Part shown: in pieces, positions 44,009-54,147 of the stretch
How positions within the stretch are numbered: position 1 is the stretch's first letter
How the letters are laid out: the number at the start of each line of letters is the position of its first letter
NCBI GenBank assembly: GCA_048772705.1
Contig: JBLWGC010000051.1
Location: 62,001 to 126,000, forward strand
DNA from: Leidyana gryllorum EB-2025a
Taxonomy: Eukaryota > Protista > Apicomplexa
DNA length: 64,000 bases
Direction: 5' to 3'
The notes under the pieces: generated by a model
Told to the model about the DNA's origin: nothing
Databases searched by the model: none
The model's input: the letters and a program-made list of their open reading frames with translations, nothing else
Made by a program: the position numbers and the translations under genes

Positions 44009-45070
44009 CTACACACTGTCTACTGGATAGCTATTTTTGACATCGATCACGAAACGGAATCGGACGTCAGACTTCAGTACCCTCTCGTAGGCCTCATTAA
44101 TTTGGTCACCCCTGACGAGCTCGATGAGCGGTAAGATTTGTCGTTCGGCACAATAGTTGAGCATCTCTTGGGTTTGAGCAATTCCTCCGATCGGGGAACC
44201 CATGATGCGACGACGGCGCAGCACCAACCCCCAAACATCGATCTTTGGCATATCGCTACTCGGGGGCGCTCCGACAACTATCATAGTGCCGTCCTTGCGG
44301 AGTAAATTGAGATATTTTGACATCGGTTTGTTGGCAGACACTGTGTCCAGTAATAGATCCAACTTTTCCGCTTCCTCTGCAAATTCGTCGTCTGTACAAA
44401 TAGTCTTTGTCGCTCCGAGTTCTTTGGCCAGATCTCGTTTGGCCGGTGTCCGAGTTATGACGACAACTTCATTTCCGAAGCTGGCCGCAAATTGCACCGC
44501 CATGTGCCCCAGACAGCCAAATCCAATTACACCCACACGCATGTTGCCTTTTTTGGCTCCACAGTGTACCAAGGGAGAATAGGTCGTGATTCCAGCACAG
44601 AGAAGGGGAGCAGCGCGGTCCATAGGCAGATTCTCCGGTAGGTGGAGAGCAAAGTGCTCGTGGGTCACAACAAACTTCCCGTAACCGCCCTGTGTGATTT
44701 GACCGTCTTCATCCTTCATCCCGTAAGTCTGAAGCTGCTCGTCACAGAACTGCTCGTATCCCTCATTGCATTCCTCACACCGCCGACAACTGCCGACCAA
44801 ACAACCGACAGCGACCCGATCTCCCACTTTGTGCTTGGTGACCTTATCCCCCACTCGCACAACTCGTCCTGTGAATTCGTGGCCCGGGACTAAAGGATAC
44901 GGTACCGGAAACCATTCGGACTTGACAGCGTGAATATCAGAATGACAGATTCCACAAAACTCAACTTCGACGAGCACATCGTTGTCCTTCAGATCCCGAA
45001 CTTCGTACTCGTGTGGGGTCAAGGGGGTGGTAGCCGAGTGAGCAGCATAGCCGATGTTTTTGATTGTCAT
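44009..45070 (-). CDS. Zn-dependent NADP alcohol dehydrogenase (CAD/YahK-like), copy 2
   Basis: Start MTIKNIGYAA by alignment with paralogues; CGICHSD, PGHE, LLCAGITTYSP, GFGCLGH, DVRFRFVID. Confidence 0.94.
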   Translation of the reverse strand: MTIKNIGYAAHSATTPLTPHEYEVRDLKDNDVLVEVEFCGICHSDIHAVKSEWFPVPYPLVPGHEFTGRVVRVGDKVTKHKVGDRVAVGCLVGSCRRCEECNEGYEQFCDEQLQTYGMKDEDGQITQGGYGKFVVTHEHFALHLPENLPMDRAAPLLCAGITTYSPLVHCGAKKGNMRVGVIGFGCLGHMAVQFAASFGNEVVVITRTPAKRDLAKELGATKTICTDDEFAEEAEKLDLLLDTVSANKPMSKYLNLLRKDGTMIVVGAPPSSDMPKIDVWGLVLRRRRIMGSPIGGIAQTQEMLNYCAERQILPLIELVRGDQINEAYERVLKSDVRFRFVIDVKNSYPVDSV

Positions 45071-45175
45071 CTCGCAGTGCCAAGTGGAAAATTGGGTGTG
45101 GGACTGCGCATTTTGGCCCTTCAAAGCCGTCTCCCCCTTTTCTTTTGCATTGTGGGAGACCGAAATTAAGGCAGG

Positions 45176-46231
45176 ATGCCGGTCGACAATATTGGATACG
45201 CCGCTCTTGAAAAGGCCAAACCACTCGAACCCTGGAAGTATCAGATTCGCGACCCCAAACCCAATGATGTTCTGATCGAAGTCGCTTACTGTGGGATCTG
45301 CCATTCAGACATCCACGCAGCCCGCGGTGAATGGAATGGCGTCATCTTCCCACTCGTCCCGGGTCACGAGTTCACCGGAATAGTTATCAAAGTCGGAGAC
45401 GGCGTCACAAGACACAAAGTTGGCGATCGTGTGGCTGTGGGCTGTATGGTCGGGTCCTGTCGCGAGTGTCAGAACTGTCAAGACGGTCTACAGCAGTACT
45501 GCCCCAAACGCGAAGCCACCTACCGATACAGATACCCAGATGGAGAAATCACATACGGCGGATATGGACGATACGTCGTAGCAGCCGAAGATTTCGTCCT
45601 TCGGGTGCCCGACAAACTGCCGATGGATCGCGCCGCACCCCTCTTGTGCGCTGGCATCACCACCTACTCTCCCCTTGTGCACCTTGGACTCCAAACTGGG
45701 GGTCGCAAGGTCGGCATTCTCGGACTTGGCGGCCTTGGACACATGGCCCTGCAATTCGCTGCTGCTTTCGGCAATGAAGTCACCGTTCTATCTCGATCGG
45801 AAGGGAAACGCGAACTCGCCAAGAGTCTGGGAGCCAGCCACTTTTTGGTCACGGACGAAGACTACGCATCACACGTCCAGACACTCGATGTCATCCTGGA
45901 CACTGTCTCGGGCCAGAAACCCATGGAAAAGTATGTCAACTTGCTGAAGCGAGATGGTACGCTGATGCTTTTGGGGGCTCCGCCTGCGGGCGAAGAGAAT
46001 ACGCTCCCGGTCTTTCCTCTAATAATGAAGAGAAGAAACATTATGGGATCCATTATCGGTGGCATCCCCGAAACCCAAGCCATGTTGGACTACTGCGCTG
46101 AGAAGATGATCCTCCCAGTCATAGAGGTGGTGACTGGCGAGAAAATAAACGAATGCTATGATCGAGTCGTCAAGGGGGACGTCCAGTTCCGCTTTGTCAT
46201 CGACGTCAAGGGCGGCCATCCTTCTGTATAG
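45176..46231 (+). CDS. Zn-dependent NADP alcohol dehydrogenase (CAD/YahK-like), copy 3
   Basis: CGICHSD, PGHE, LLCAGITTYSP, GLGGLGH, DVQFRFVID; divergently oriented from copy 2. Confidence 0.95.
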   Translation: MPVDNIGYAALEKAKPLEPWKYQIRDPKPNDVLIEVAYCGICHSDIHAARGEWNGVIFPLVPGHEFTGIVIKVGDGVTRHKVGDRVAVGCMVGSCRECQNCQDGLQQYCPKREATYRYRYPDGEITYGGYGRYVVAAEDFVLRVPDKLPMDRAAPLLCAGITTYSPLVHLGLQTGGRKVGILGLGGLGHMALQFAAAFGNEVTVLSRSEGKRELAKSLGASHFLVTDEDYASHVQTLDVILDTVSGQKPMEKYVNLLKRDGTLMLLGAPPAGEENTLPVFPLIMKRRNIMGSIIGGIPETQAMLDYCAEKMILPVIEVVTGEKINECYDRVVKGDVQFRFVIDVKGGHPSV

Positions 46232-46469
46232 AGAGACCCAAAAGTTGAACGCAACTGCCACGCTGACCGTCAAGACACCAGCAGACTACCGCAGACGTCA
46301 GCCCTTTAGCATAAATTACCATATAACTTCAACAGATAACTATTAAAATCCAGAGCGAAACGCCTCGCTGTTCCAGTGCAGAGGAGTGGATTGCCAAGCA
46401 ATGTCGTCTTTTCACCGAGAATGGGGACAAAACGGGAGCATACTCGACCTGAAAAATCCAAATAAAGTT

Positions 46470-46635
46470 AACTTACCTGCATGGGGCTCCGTCAGCTCAT
46501 GAATAGACAGGCCGGGGATGGAGCAGCCATTGCACTCATATCTGGTGTTTGTGAAGTCCCTGGAGGTTCTAAGCCAAGCTTTGGGCCTCCACATGATAAT
46601 TTATGGCAAGGTGGATGGGGCTTGGACCCACCGCC
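46470..46635 (+). ncRNA. U1: U1 spliceosomal snRNA
   Basis: 5' AACUUACCUG; helix CAUG/CAUG; SL1 loop GCUCAUGAA; SL2 loop AUUGCAC (46529-46535, U1A site); SL3 ggagg/cctcc; Sm site AAUUUAUGG (46598-46606); SL4 ggtgg/ccacc; about 166 nt. Confidence 0.93.
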
Positions 46636-46797
46636 GACGAAAGAGTCGAGGCTAACATAAGTGCTCATTCGCTCGCTCGCTCACTCAATCAATCAGTTGC
46701 TAACTATCTATTGGTTGCAGGGGAGCAACTCTTGTCTGTGAGTGTATATGAATGAGGACAAGAAGACTAGCTACAAAGATCAACATATATTTGTCAT

Positions 46798-49700
46798 TTA
46801 TTGCCCTGTTACGCCAACGGGAGAGATGGGACCGTACCCTGGCACCATGGCAGCTAGTTCTCTTTGATGCTTGTCCGCTAACTCGAGCGCCTCCCTCTTC
46901 TCCATCTCAAAAAGCTCATCCGCACCGCCATGTTCCTGTAGTAAGAGAGAGATGAGTTGATATTGTTCCGTTCGCACCAGATGTACGCGCGCGCGCACAC
47001 ACACACGCGCGCTGTGCTCTCGCTCCATGTTATGGACACTTACGCGCAGTTGAATGACAAAGTCCTTGACAATTTGACAGAACGTATCCAGAGGAGCTTG
47101 TCCCTCCGCAAACGCCCTCAATATGAAGATTTGAATCTGGCTTTGATTCAGATTGGGATACATGGTGGACAGTTGCAAAGCGCAGGCGCTCATCAGGGCG
47201 TCGCGACCCACAGGTGATCCTGGGCTATTCAAGGCAGGGTGTTCAGCCCAGTTCATCGCTTCTTGAAGTAGCGCGCATTGATCTCGGAAACCGCCTGTAT
47301 GCAATGTGTCTGTTACGACACGTAATGTGGTCTCCAGGACATTGTTGAAGCCCAAAGAGCCAATTTTGACCATTGCGTCGGGACTCAGATTCCGTGCTTG
47401 TCTCAACATGGCAGCCAAAGCCTTGAGGGCGACCGCGGAGACTTCAGGCTTTTCGTCTTGGCTAATGAAAGCTGTGGAATGGGCGGATGGATGAGAGAGG
47501 TGATGCTGGGTTTCGGGGCTTACTGAGGGCCGAAATGAAGCTTTGTATCGCAGCATCATCTAATTGAGCGAAAAGTAAGGCGAATCCTTTGGTGACGCAA
47601 GCTTGAAGCCATTGGACGAAGGCGAGGCGGATCTCCGGGAACGAATCAAATGACCCCGACAACATTTGGCAAGTGGATGGAAACAGGGCTTGGTACATAA
47701 CCATAGCTTGCTCCTGTGGGGGATTTTTGGGTGTGGTAGTAACGAAGACCCTTTGAATAGGCTTACCGGTGACAGCGAATCGGTTAGTGTATTCAGAACT
47801 GCGGTCGCAAGGTTAAGGACTTCGGCATCCCGTAACTCGGGTATGGATTGTCTGCGGGGTAGAATCGACAATGTTGAGCATCCTTCAATTGACATTGACT
47901 TACTGATAGTCCGCATAAGCCGTCTTCAACAAGGGCGAGACGTAGGTGGCAGCTATTGACTCTCGGGATTGGGTGTCTGTGGAGGCTTTACGGATAAAAG
48001 TATCCACAAGATTCAATATGACACGCCGGGCTTGTCTCATTTGTTTGGGTTGCGCATGACTCAGATGGTTGAGGGAGGCAGTGGCAGCGACTTCTCGCAG
48101 GTATCTGCCATACAGCTCGTAGAGTCCGAGATACTCCTGATAGTGATTGACCAGATGCTGGTGGTAGATCTGGCCAGTGCCCTCGGCAATCCGTTCGCTC
48201 AGGGCCAATAATTCGGCTATGCGGCGAACAATGTCGACGGGGACGTCGCGAAGTTGCATAGAATTCTGCTGTGTGAGACATCTGGTCCATTCTCTGTCCA
48301 GTGGAGCCATGAGTCGTGCGAGAAGAGCGCTCTGTCGTGAGACATCGGCTGATGATTGCTGGTTCGCGCCTCCGTGATTCCGGGCACCGCCAATACAGAT
48401 GGCCGCTGAATGATACAGCAGAATGACTTGTTTTGGGGTCTGAAGACTCCGAGCGATCTGCTCCACCCGATCTATGATGACGTCCACCAGATACACGGGT
48501 TTGTTTGCACTAGGAGAGGTCGCATTGGAGACGGCAAAGGAAGCGATGCGGTCTTTGCAGCCCAACGCGAGTTTGTAGAGTGTCTCGCACGCCATGTCTT
48601 GGACTCCAGGGAATGGTTCGGCCAAAAACTCGAACACTTTGGAGAGCACTGTCTCGATCAGTGGGCCGGCTGAGCGGATGAATCTGGGATATTGGCCAAA
48701 GACGAACATAATGATGGAAGCCACGACGGCTTTGTTCTCTCTGCCCTTTTTGACGTTGCAGAAGCACAGCAACATTTTGAGAACCTGAACGCAGAAGCTG
48801 CGTTCCCTCATTGGTTCCATACTTCCACTGATAGCTCCGATAGCCCAACTAACGCGATTGAGGGGCATAGGATTCCATTCCTTGTCAACGGCGCGCACAA
48901 CAATCTGCAGGAAGATTTGAGAGACACACACATCTGCAAGTTGTGCTTACATCCGTTTGTGCTGTCAGCATATCGAGAAGGAGCTTCTCGGTGTCATCGG
49001 GCCCCAAGTGAGTGAGTAGCACCAGAGTGGTGTGGACTTGGTTGTATAGTGCGATCTCGTCAGTGTCGGGTCGATAGTCCCTCTCGACCGTGCCGCTGCC
49101 TTCGTCAAAAACAATGTACACCTCAGGAGGCCGAGCCATCCTCTCAATGAGCGTTCTCCTGACGTTGTGCAGAACGTTTTGATAGATGTCCAATCGTCTG
49201 TGAACGGTGGGGTGATGATTGCGCGTCTGCGTATATAGATTCTCGGCGAAGAAATGCCACCACTCTAAGCAGATTTTGAATGGCTCTTCACCTGGCAGCT
49301 TGGTGAGCAGGACGAGAGCGTTGAGGGTTTCTATTGCACACTGGGCTCGCTGGTCGAGTGCGGCTTGTGACATCAATGCGACGGGGACCGGAGCATCGTC
49401 TTCCAGCAATGCCCTGAAGTAATTGCGAGCAAAGCTGGTACTGGCAATGGTGACATGGTGAAAGAAGTCTGTCCAGAAGTCTTGGGCATTGGTGGGGACT
49501 TTCGTGGTGTACTCCCACGACTGCGGCGGAAGCTGCATGAGTTTTTGGAGGAATCTGTTCCAACACTGGAACATGACTTCCATCCCCCGTTCGTCCGAGA
49601 CACCGACTCGACTGAAGATTTCCGTGTAACATTTGACGCAGGCGATTCGACACTCGGCATTGTCCCAATAGTGGTCGAGTAAGATGACTGCATTGATAAT

Positions 49701-50491
49701 AATGGTGACAAACATTGAGTATCTATCTTTGCTCACTCACCTTCGAGTCGCTTGGAGAAGATGTAAGAAGGATCGTTCCATTTTACGTAGTTGGCGACGG
49801 TCTCGAGTACGACGAGAAGGAGCGACTGGGGGACCGCTGGCGGATTTGTGATACTCTGCTCGATGACGTAGAGGCAGAGGTCAATGATCCGCTGGAACTC
49901 ATTGCCGAGGGTGGCGGTGAGTTCGCGACATTTACGTGAGGTCATCTGATCGGGTCCAAAGTCGAGAATATCCTCGCTGAGGAGATTGAGTATCTTGAGG
50001 TTATTTTCACACGCCTTTTGGTCTCGAACGCTCGACTCGCAGAGGTCAGATATGAAATTTGGCCACTGTTGCGGCCAGCACTTCTCGGCCACGTTGACTA
50101 TGATCTGATTGATCTTCGTCAGCACCGGTGTGACGATGCCCTTCTGCGAAGCCATTCGAGCCAACCCCATCAGAAACGGCGGGAGCGCCTGACGATCGAC
50201 GTCACTCAGCAGACTCCACTTCATCTTGACCGCTTGTTGGAGAATGCTAAGGGAATAGAAATGCACATTGGGGTCGTCGGAGGCGCCAAGGAGTAGTTGC
50301 ACCTGGCTATAGTCCGTAATGTGGTCTCGGTATTCGGTGAGGACTTTTCCAGCCGCTTCTCTCTCTCTTTGGTCTCCCTCATATAGATACTTCAACAACA
50401 TCTCAATCACTTGGATATCATTGTTGTCAAAGGGTCGTGCTCGGTTCAGTACTTCATGTAACTTCTCTGTCAGCCCCGCAACTGTGGCCAT
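46798..50491 (-). CDS. XPO1: Exportin-1 (CRM1), multi-exon, divergent
   Basis: WPQQWPNFI, CENNLKILNLLSEDILDF, FKICLEWW, RMARPPEV, LVLLTHL, SWAIGAISGSM, KGRENKAVVAS.IM..GQYPRF, GVQDMACET, FPEIR, C-terminal VPG. Confidence 0.93.
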
Positions 50492-50535
50492 ACCTACACA
50501 ATTTTTCTCAACCTTTTTCGCCACCTGCCTCCACC

Positions 50536-51994
50536 ATGAGCTTATCTGTTGACGAATCTCTGGAGAGCGCCTCGCATGGACGCTATCAGATCGAACAAGG
50601 TCTCCCGCCCCTCTCTTTAGGTACAGTAGCTGCCCTCTTGTGACCAATCCTCCTCCTACAAACAGGAGCTGGTGTTGCTGTCGAAATGGGCCACGATGCC
50701 TTCACAAAGACCCCCGTAGTGAGCAATAATCACAGCCCCCCCGACGTAATAATTGATCGTGGATCCACCCGGACGCAGGTTGTAAAGAGCCTATCTAAAC
50801 GAACTTTGACCCAACGGAGGACCTGGCGGTTACCAGTGGGGGCGCAGACTCCACGGATGCGCACATTATTAGAGCGCTACCAAGATTCTCTAAGTTTAAT
50901 TCAAGAGATACTCATCCCCTGCTGGCAAAGCAGAGTAGATGGACCAATGTGTCGAGTATTGGGTGTCTATGAGACTGAACTAATCATTGAAGAGGTCGAT
51001 TATGGACAGATATTCATTGGTAAACCGCCCGCTCTCCACCATTGTGAAAATCCCATCAATCAGTCCATGAACATTGCGCAGGAGGTGCTTCTTTAGTACC
51101 TCGAGCGATCGACCCCAGTTTAAACACCTTCGCGATGGTTCCTGAGCACTACGCTACACACTGTGATCATCTTGATCAATTAGGAGACTCCTGGCGACCC
51201 TATAGTTGGGGTGCTATTCTTACGTTATTAACTGGTGTCTCACAAGCCTTGGCGGAATGTAAGACTGAACGTTGCAGTGGGCTCTTGTTCACCTTCAACT
51301 CGTTCCCGCCTCCAGTTCATCGCTATCATCTCATCCATGGAGACGTCAAGCCGCAAAATGTTCTGCTGTGCGACTCGGGCCGGGCCAAAATAGGTGGGCC
51401 CAATTCTGATCCTAATGAGTGGTCACGGTATTCCTATCAACCGCAGCGGACTATGATCACTTACGTAGAGGTCGACCAGAATCCACCGCCCTTTTCGTTA
51501 CGTGCATTGATGGAACGGTGGCTTTCAGACCTCCGGAGGCCTTTGCCAATATTGCGCAGGGTGAGAAGCTCGCTGATGACAATCGGATCCCAAAACTTTC
51601 TCCTTTCCACGCAGAATTCGATGGCGTAGCCGCCGACATGTGGGCATTGGGTATCACACTGTGGTGTTGGATCTTCGGCAGAATGCCTTTCAGTGACACT
51701 AGCCCAGGGGTGAGTGCGCGTGTGGTGTGTCTCTGCTGCGACATTCCATCCGAGCAGCTTGTTGGTGATGAAGTGGAAAAGTTTGACATCACTGAGGCTC
51801 TGAGGAAATGTCCATTACGAAATCGATGCCGAATGGAAGTAGTGTCAAGTTGGCATGTCAGCTTTGATGACGAAGCCATAGTGCCCATTATTGAGGAGAT
51901 TCTGCACAAACTATTACAACACGATCCAGGTGAACGTTGCGCTCCTGCTGAGGTACTTCAGGCCACGCAATCGCTCGCGGGAACAGCAACATGA
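50536..51994 (+). CDS. Divergent Ser/Thr protein kinase (CAMKK-like), multi-exon
   Basis: RYQI...LGAG (after splicing), VVK, IHGDVKPQNVL, KIADYD in place of DFG, GTVAFRPPE, DMWALGITLW...FGRMPF, DPGER. Confidence 0.75.
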
Positions 51995-52244
51995 TTCATT
52001 TTCATCAAAAGGAAGGCGACCCCCGTGGGCGCCGCTCAATATATTTATTCAGTCGAGGTACATATAGAGTGAACGGCGCGATTCGGGAAGACCTATCAGC
52101 ACCTAAGAGAGAGGAAGAAACTGGAATTGGAAATGGTATTGGAAGCGGAAACGGAAGTGTATCTTCGGAAGGGTTCGTTTATTATTCGCTCTTGTTCGCT
52201 CTTATGGACAATAAAAATAGGGCAAAGGTTTGAGAACGACGCAA

Positions 52245-53421
52245 TTAGGTCAGGAGAGCGCTGACCTCACCGGCGGGGTAGAAGGCGTTAGGAAGGATGC
52301 CAAGTGTGGTGTTGGGCTCCACTTCGATGGTTCCTGATAAAAGATGGCGAGACAGATTGAAGAGAACGGATGGGCGGCCGGAAGTCGACTCACCAGCCTC
52401 AGCGTTGACCTTGCACTGAAAAATAGGGTAGTCGCCAAACTCAACGAGGTTCTGGCGACAGCCTCCACAGGGTCGGCCATAGTCGTCGAGCTTATAGCTG
52501 CGGAGAGGGTGACGGTATAAAAGGCGTTAGGGTAGACTCACCAGCACACAGCAACGGCTTTGAACTGCTTGACCCCCTGGGCAACAGCTTTGCACATTCC
52601 GCAACGCTCAGCACAAATTGTGAGACGAATATAGTCAGATTCAATATTGCCGCCAGTGATGATCTCGCCGGTGTTTGTCAAGAAAGCCGCTCCCACGGGG
52701 AAGTCCGAGATGGTCGGCCAGGATGTCTCACACGCCTTAACAGCAGCTTTACACACTTTCTCATATTCTTCTTGTGTGACAGTGTTGGGAGGAGCCGATC
52801 CAGTGACCTTCAAATCCGGAACGTTCAGATTGACGCGATATCCATTATGGAAAGGTACTTTCTTCTTTTCGGGGAATACTGCGAGGACGGGGGGAAGAGT
52901 ATACAGTATTCGTGTCGCATATTTGAAACTTACTGCTCGGGAGCAGAGTCTCCAACATTTTATAGTTGTCAGCCGAGGCCACTTGGCCCTGTTTGAGTGT
53001 CCAGACGGGGACGTCGCCGAACTGTAATGAATGGTGATGGAATGGGGGGAACTGTGTGCTGTGTGTGCTTACGAGTTTCGCAGCTTGGAGACAACTTCCA
53101 CAGGGCTCTGGGCTGGCGGCATCGGGAGCCACGACGACAACGAGAGCATCGACGCGAGTGGCACCGGAGCTGAGGGCGTTGAGGTAGGCCGCTTGCGGGG
53201 CACAAATGGAGTTCGGGAAGGCACAGTTCTCGAACTGTGCGCCCCGGAAGATGCCTTTGTCGGTGAGGACCGCAGCCCCGGCGAGATTCTTGTGCTCCTT
53301 GGAGTAAGGTGCGTGACTCAATTCACAGCCGAGAGTGGCCTCGACCGTCAGCTGGGCAGATCGTTGAGTGAACAGAGTGGGAGGAACCTACTTGGTGGAG
53401 TTGCTCAGGAGAGAAGTTCAT
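52245..53421 (-). CDS. Cytidine deaminase with two fused CDA domains, multi-exon
   Basis: Domain 1: HAPYSK...GAQFENCAFPNSICAPQAA...PCGSCLQ; domain 2: FPVGAAF..GGNIES..TICAERC...PCGGCRQNLVEFG (last part recovered by splicing). Confidence 0.85.
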
Positions 53422-53451
53422 GAGGAGGCGAATTTTGGATTTTTTCTATAA

Positions 53452-54069
53452 ATGCAGTGGGGTGAGGAATGGTCCGCAGGGGTGGTTTTACTGCGATGGA
53501 GGAGGCGAAACACCAAGTTGGGAGATGAGGGTGGATTCGTTCTTTACAAAGACCTCAACAATGGATCTCCAGCGACTACAATTGACAGCAGCCCCGTGAA
53601 CGAGGCGGACCAGCCCCTGGTACTCCAAGCCTTAGCCATTCGTCGCAGTTCAAACCTGTTTGAGTTACCGAAAGGCCACGTTGAGGAACGAGAGACTCTG
53701 GAAGAAGCAGCCTGTCGAGAGCTGCGAGAAGAAACTGGGCTACTCAACGAGATCCAAATTGGACCTAAGGTTGGTGTTGAGTCGTATCTAACCAAGTCAA
53801 CGCGACCGCCGCATAAGGGCAAAACAGTCCTCAAGAGAGTCACATACTTTGAAGGGCTGCTCAAAACGTCTGATGCTGACGATCAAGTGTCAGAACCTCT
53901 CATAATTGGCGATCGAGAAACAGCCACCAAACTCGTCTGTTGGATCGACGCTGAGGATCTGCGACATGCTGATTTCCGTTCTCCACATATCAAACAAGTC
54001 GTGCAGAATACCCTGAACGCACATCAACGGAAATCTCCACAAGAAACACCCCCCCTCGCACCAACTTGA
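53452..54069 (+). CDS. NUDIX hydrolase (Ap4A hydrolase-like)
   Basis: SAGVV; complete Nudix box LPKGHVEERETLEEAACRELREETGL; KRVTYF. Confidence 0.9.
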   Translation: MQWGEEWSAGVVLLRWRRRNTKLGDEGGFVLYKDLNNGSPATTIDSSPVNEADQPLVLQALAIRRSSNLFELPKGHVEERETLEEAACRELREETGLLNEIQIGPKVGVESYLTKSTRPPHKGKTVLKRVTYFEGLLKTSDADDQVSEPLIIGDRETATKLVCWIDAEDLRHADFRSPHIKQVVQNTLNAHQRKSPQETPPLAPT

Positions 54070-54147
54070 GAGACCACCCACTATCGTTCATCGTAACAAT
54101 TATGTGCTGTTTGTCGTCGTCAGCCACTGGAAGTAGTCTGTGTCTGC

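Noticed and set aside
45071-45304. 78-aa N-terminal extension of ADH copy 2 in the ORF track
   Set aside because: It overlaps the opposite-strand ADH copy 3; paralogue alignment puts the start at 45070
21052-46231. Bacterial contaminant or operon explaining the bacterial-like genes
   Set aside because: The genes are interleaved with spliced eukaryotic genes and a U1 snRNA, in mixed orientations and without consistent Shine-Dalgarno spacing; read-level confirmation is still needed
46982-47012. Alternating purine-pyrimidine tract (Z-DNA-prone) in the last XPO1 intron
   Set aside because: Simple microsatellite-like sequence; CA/GC runs are common in non-coding DNA across the window
52122-52160. 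GGAAAY-like hexamer repeats
   Set aside because: Short degenerate microsatellite in convergent 3' UTRs; no function can be supported
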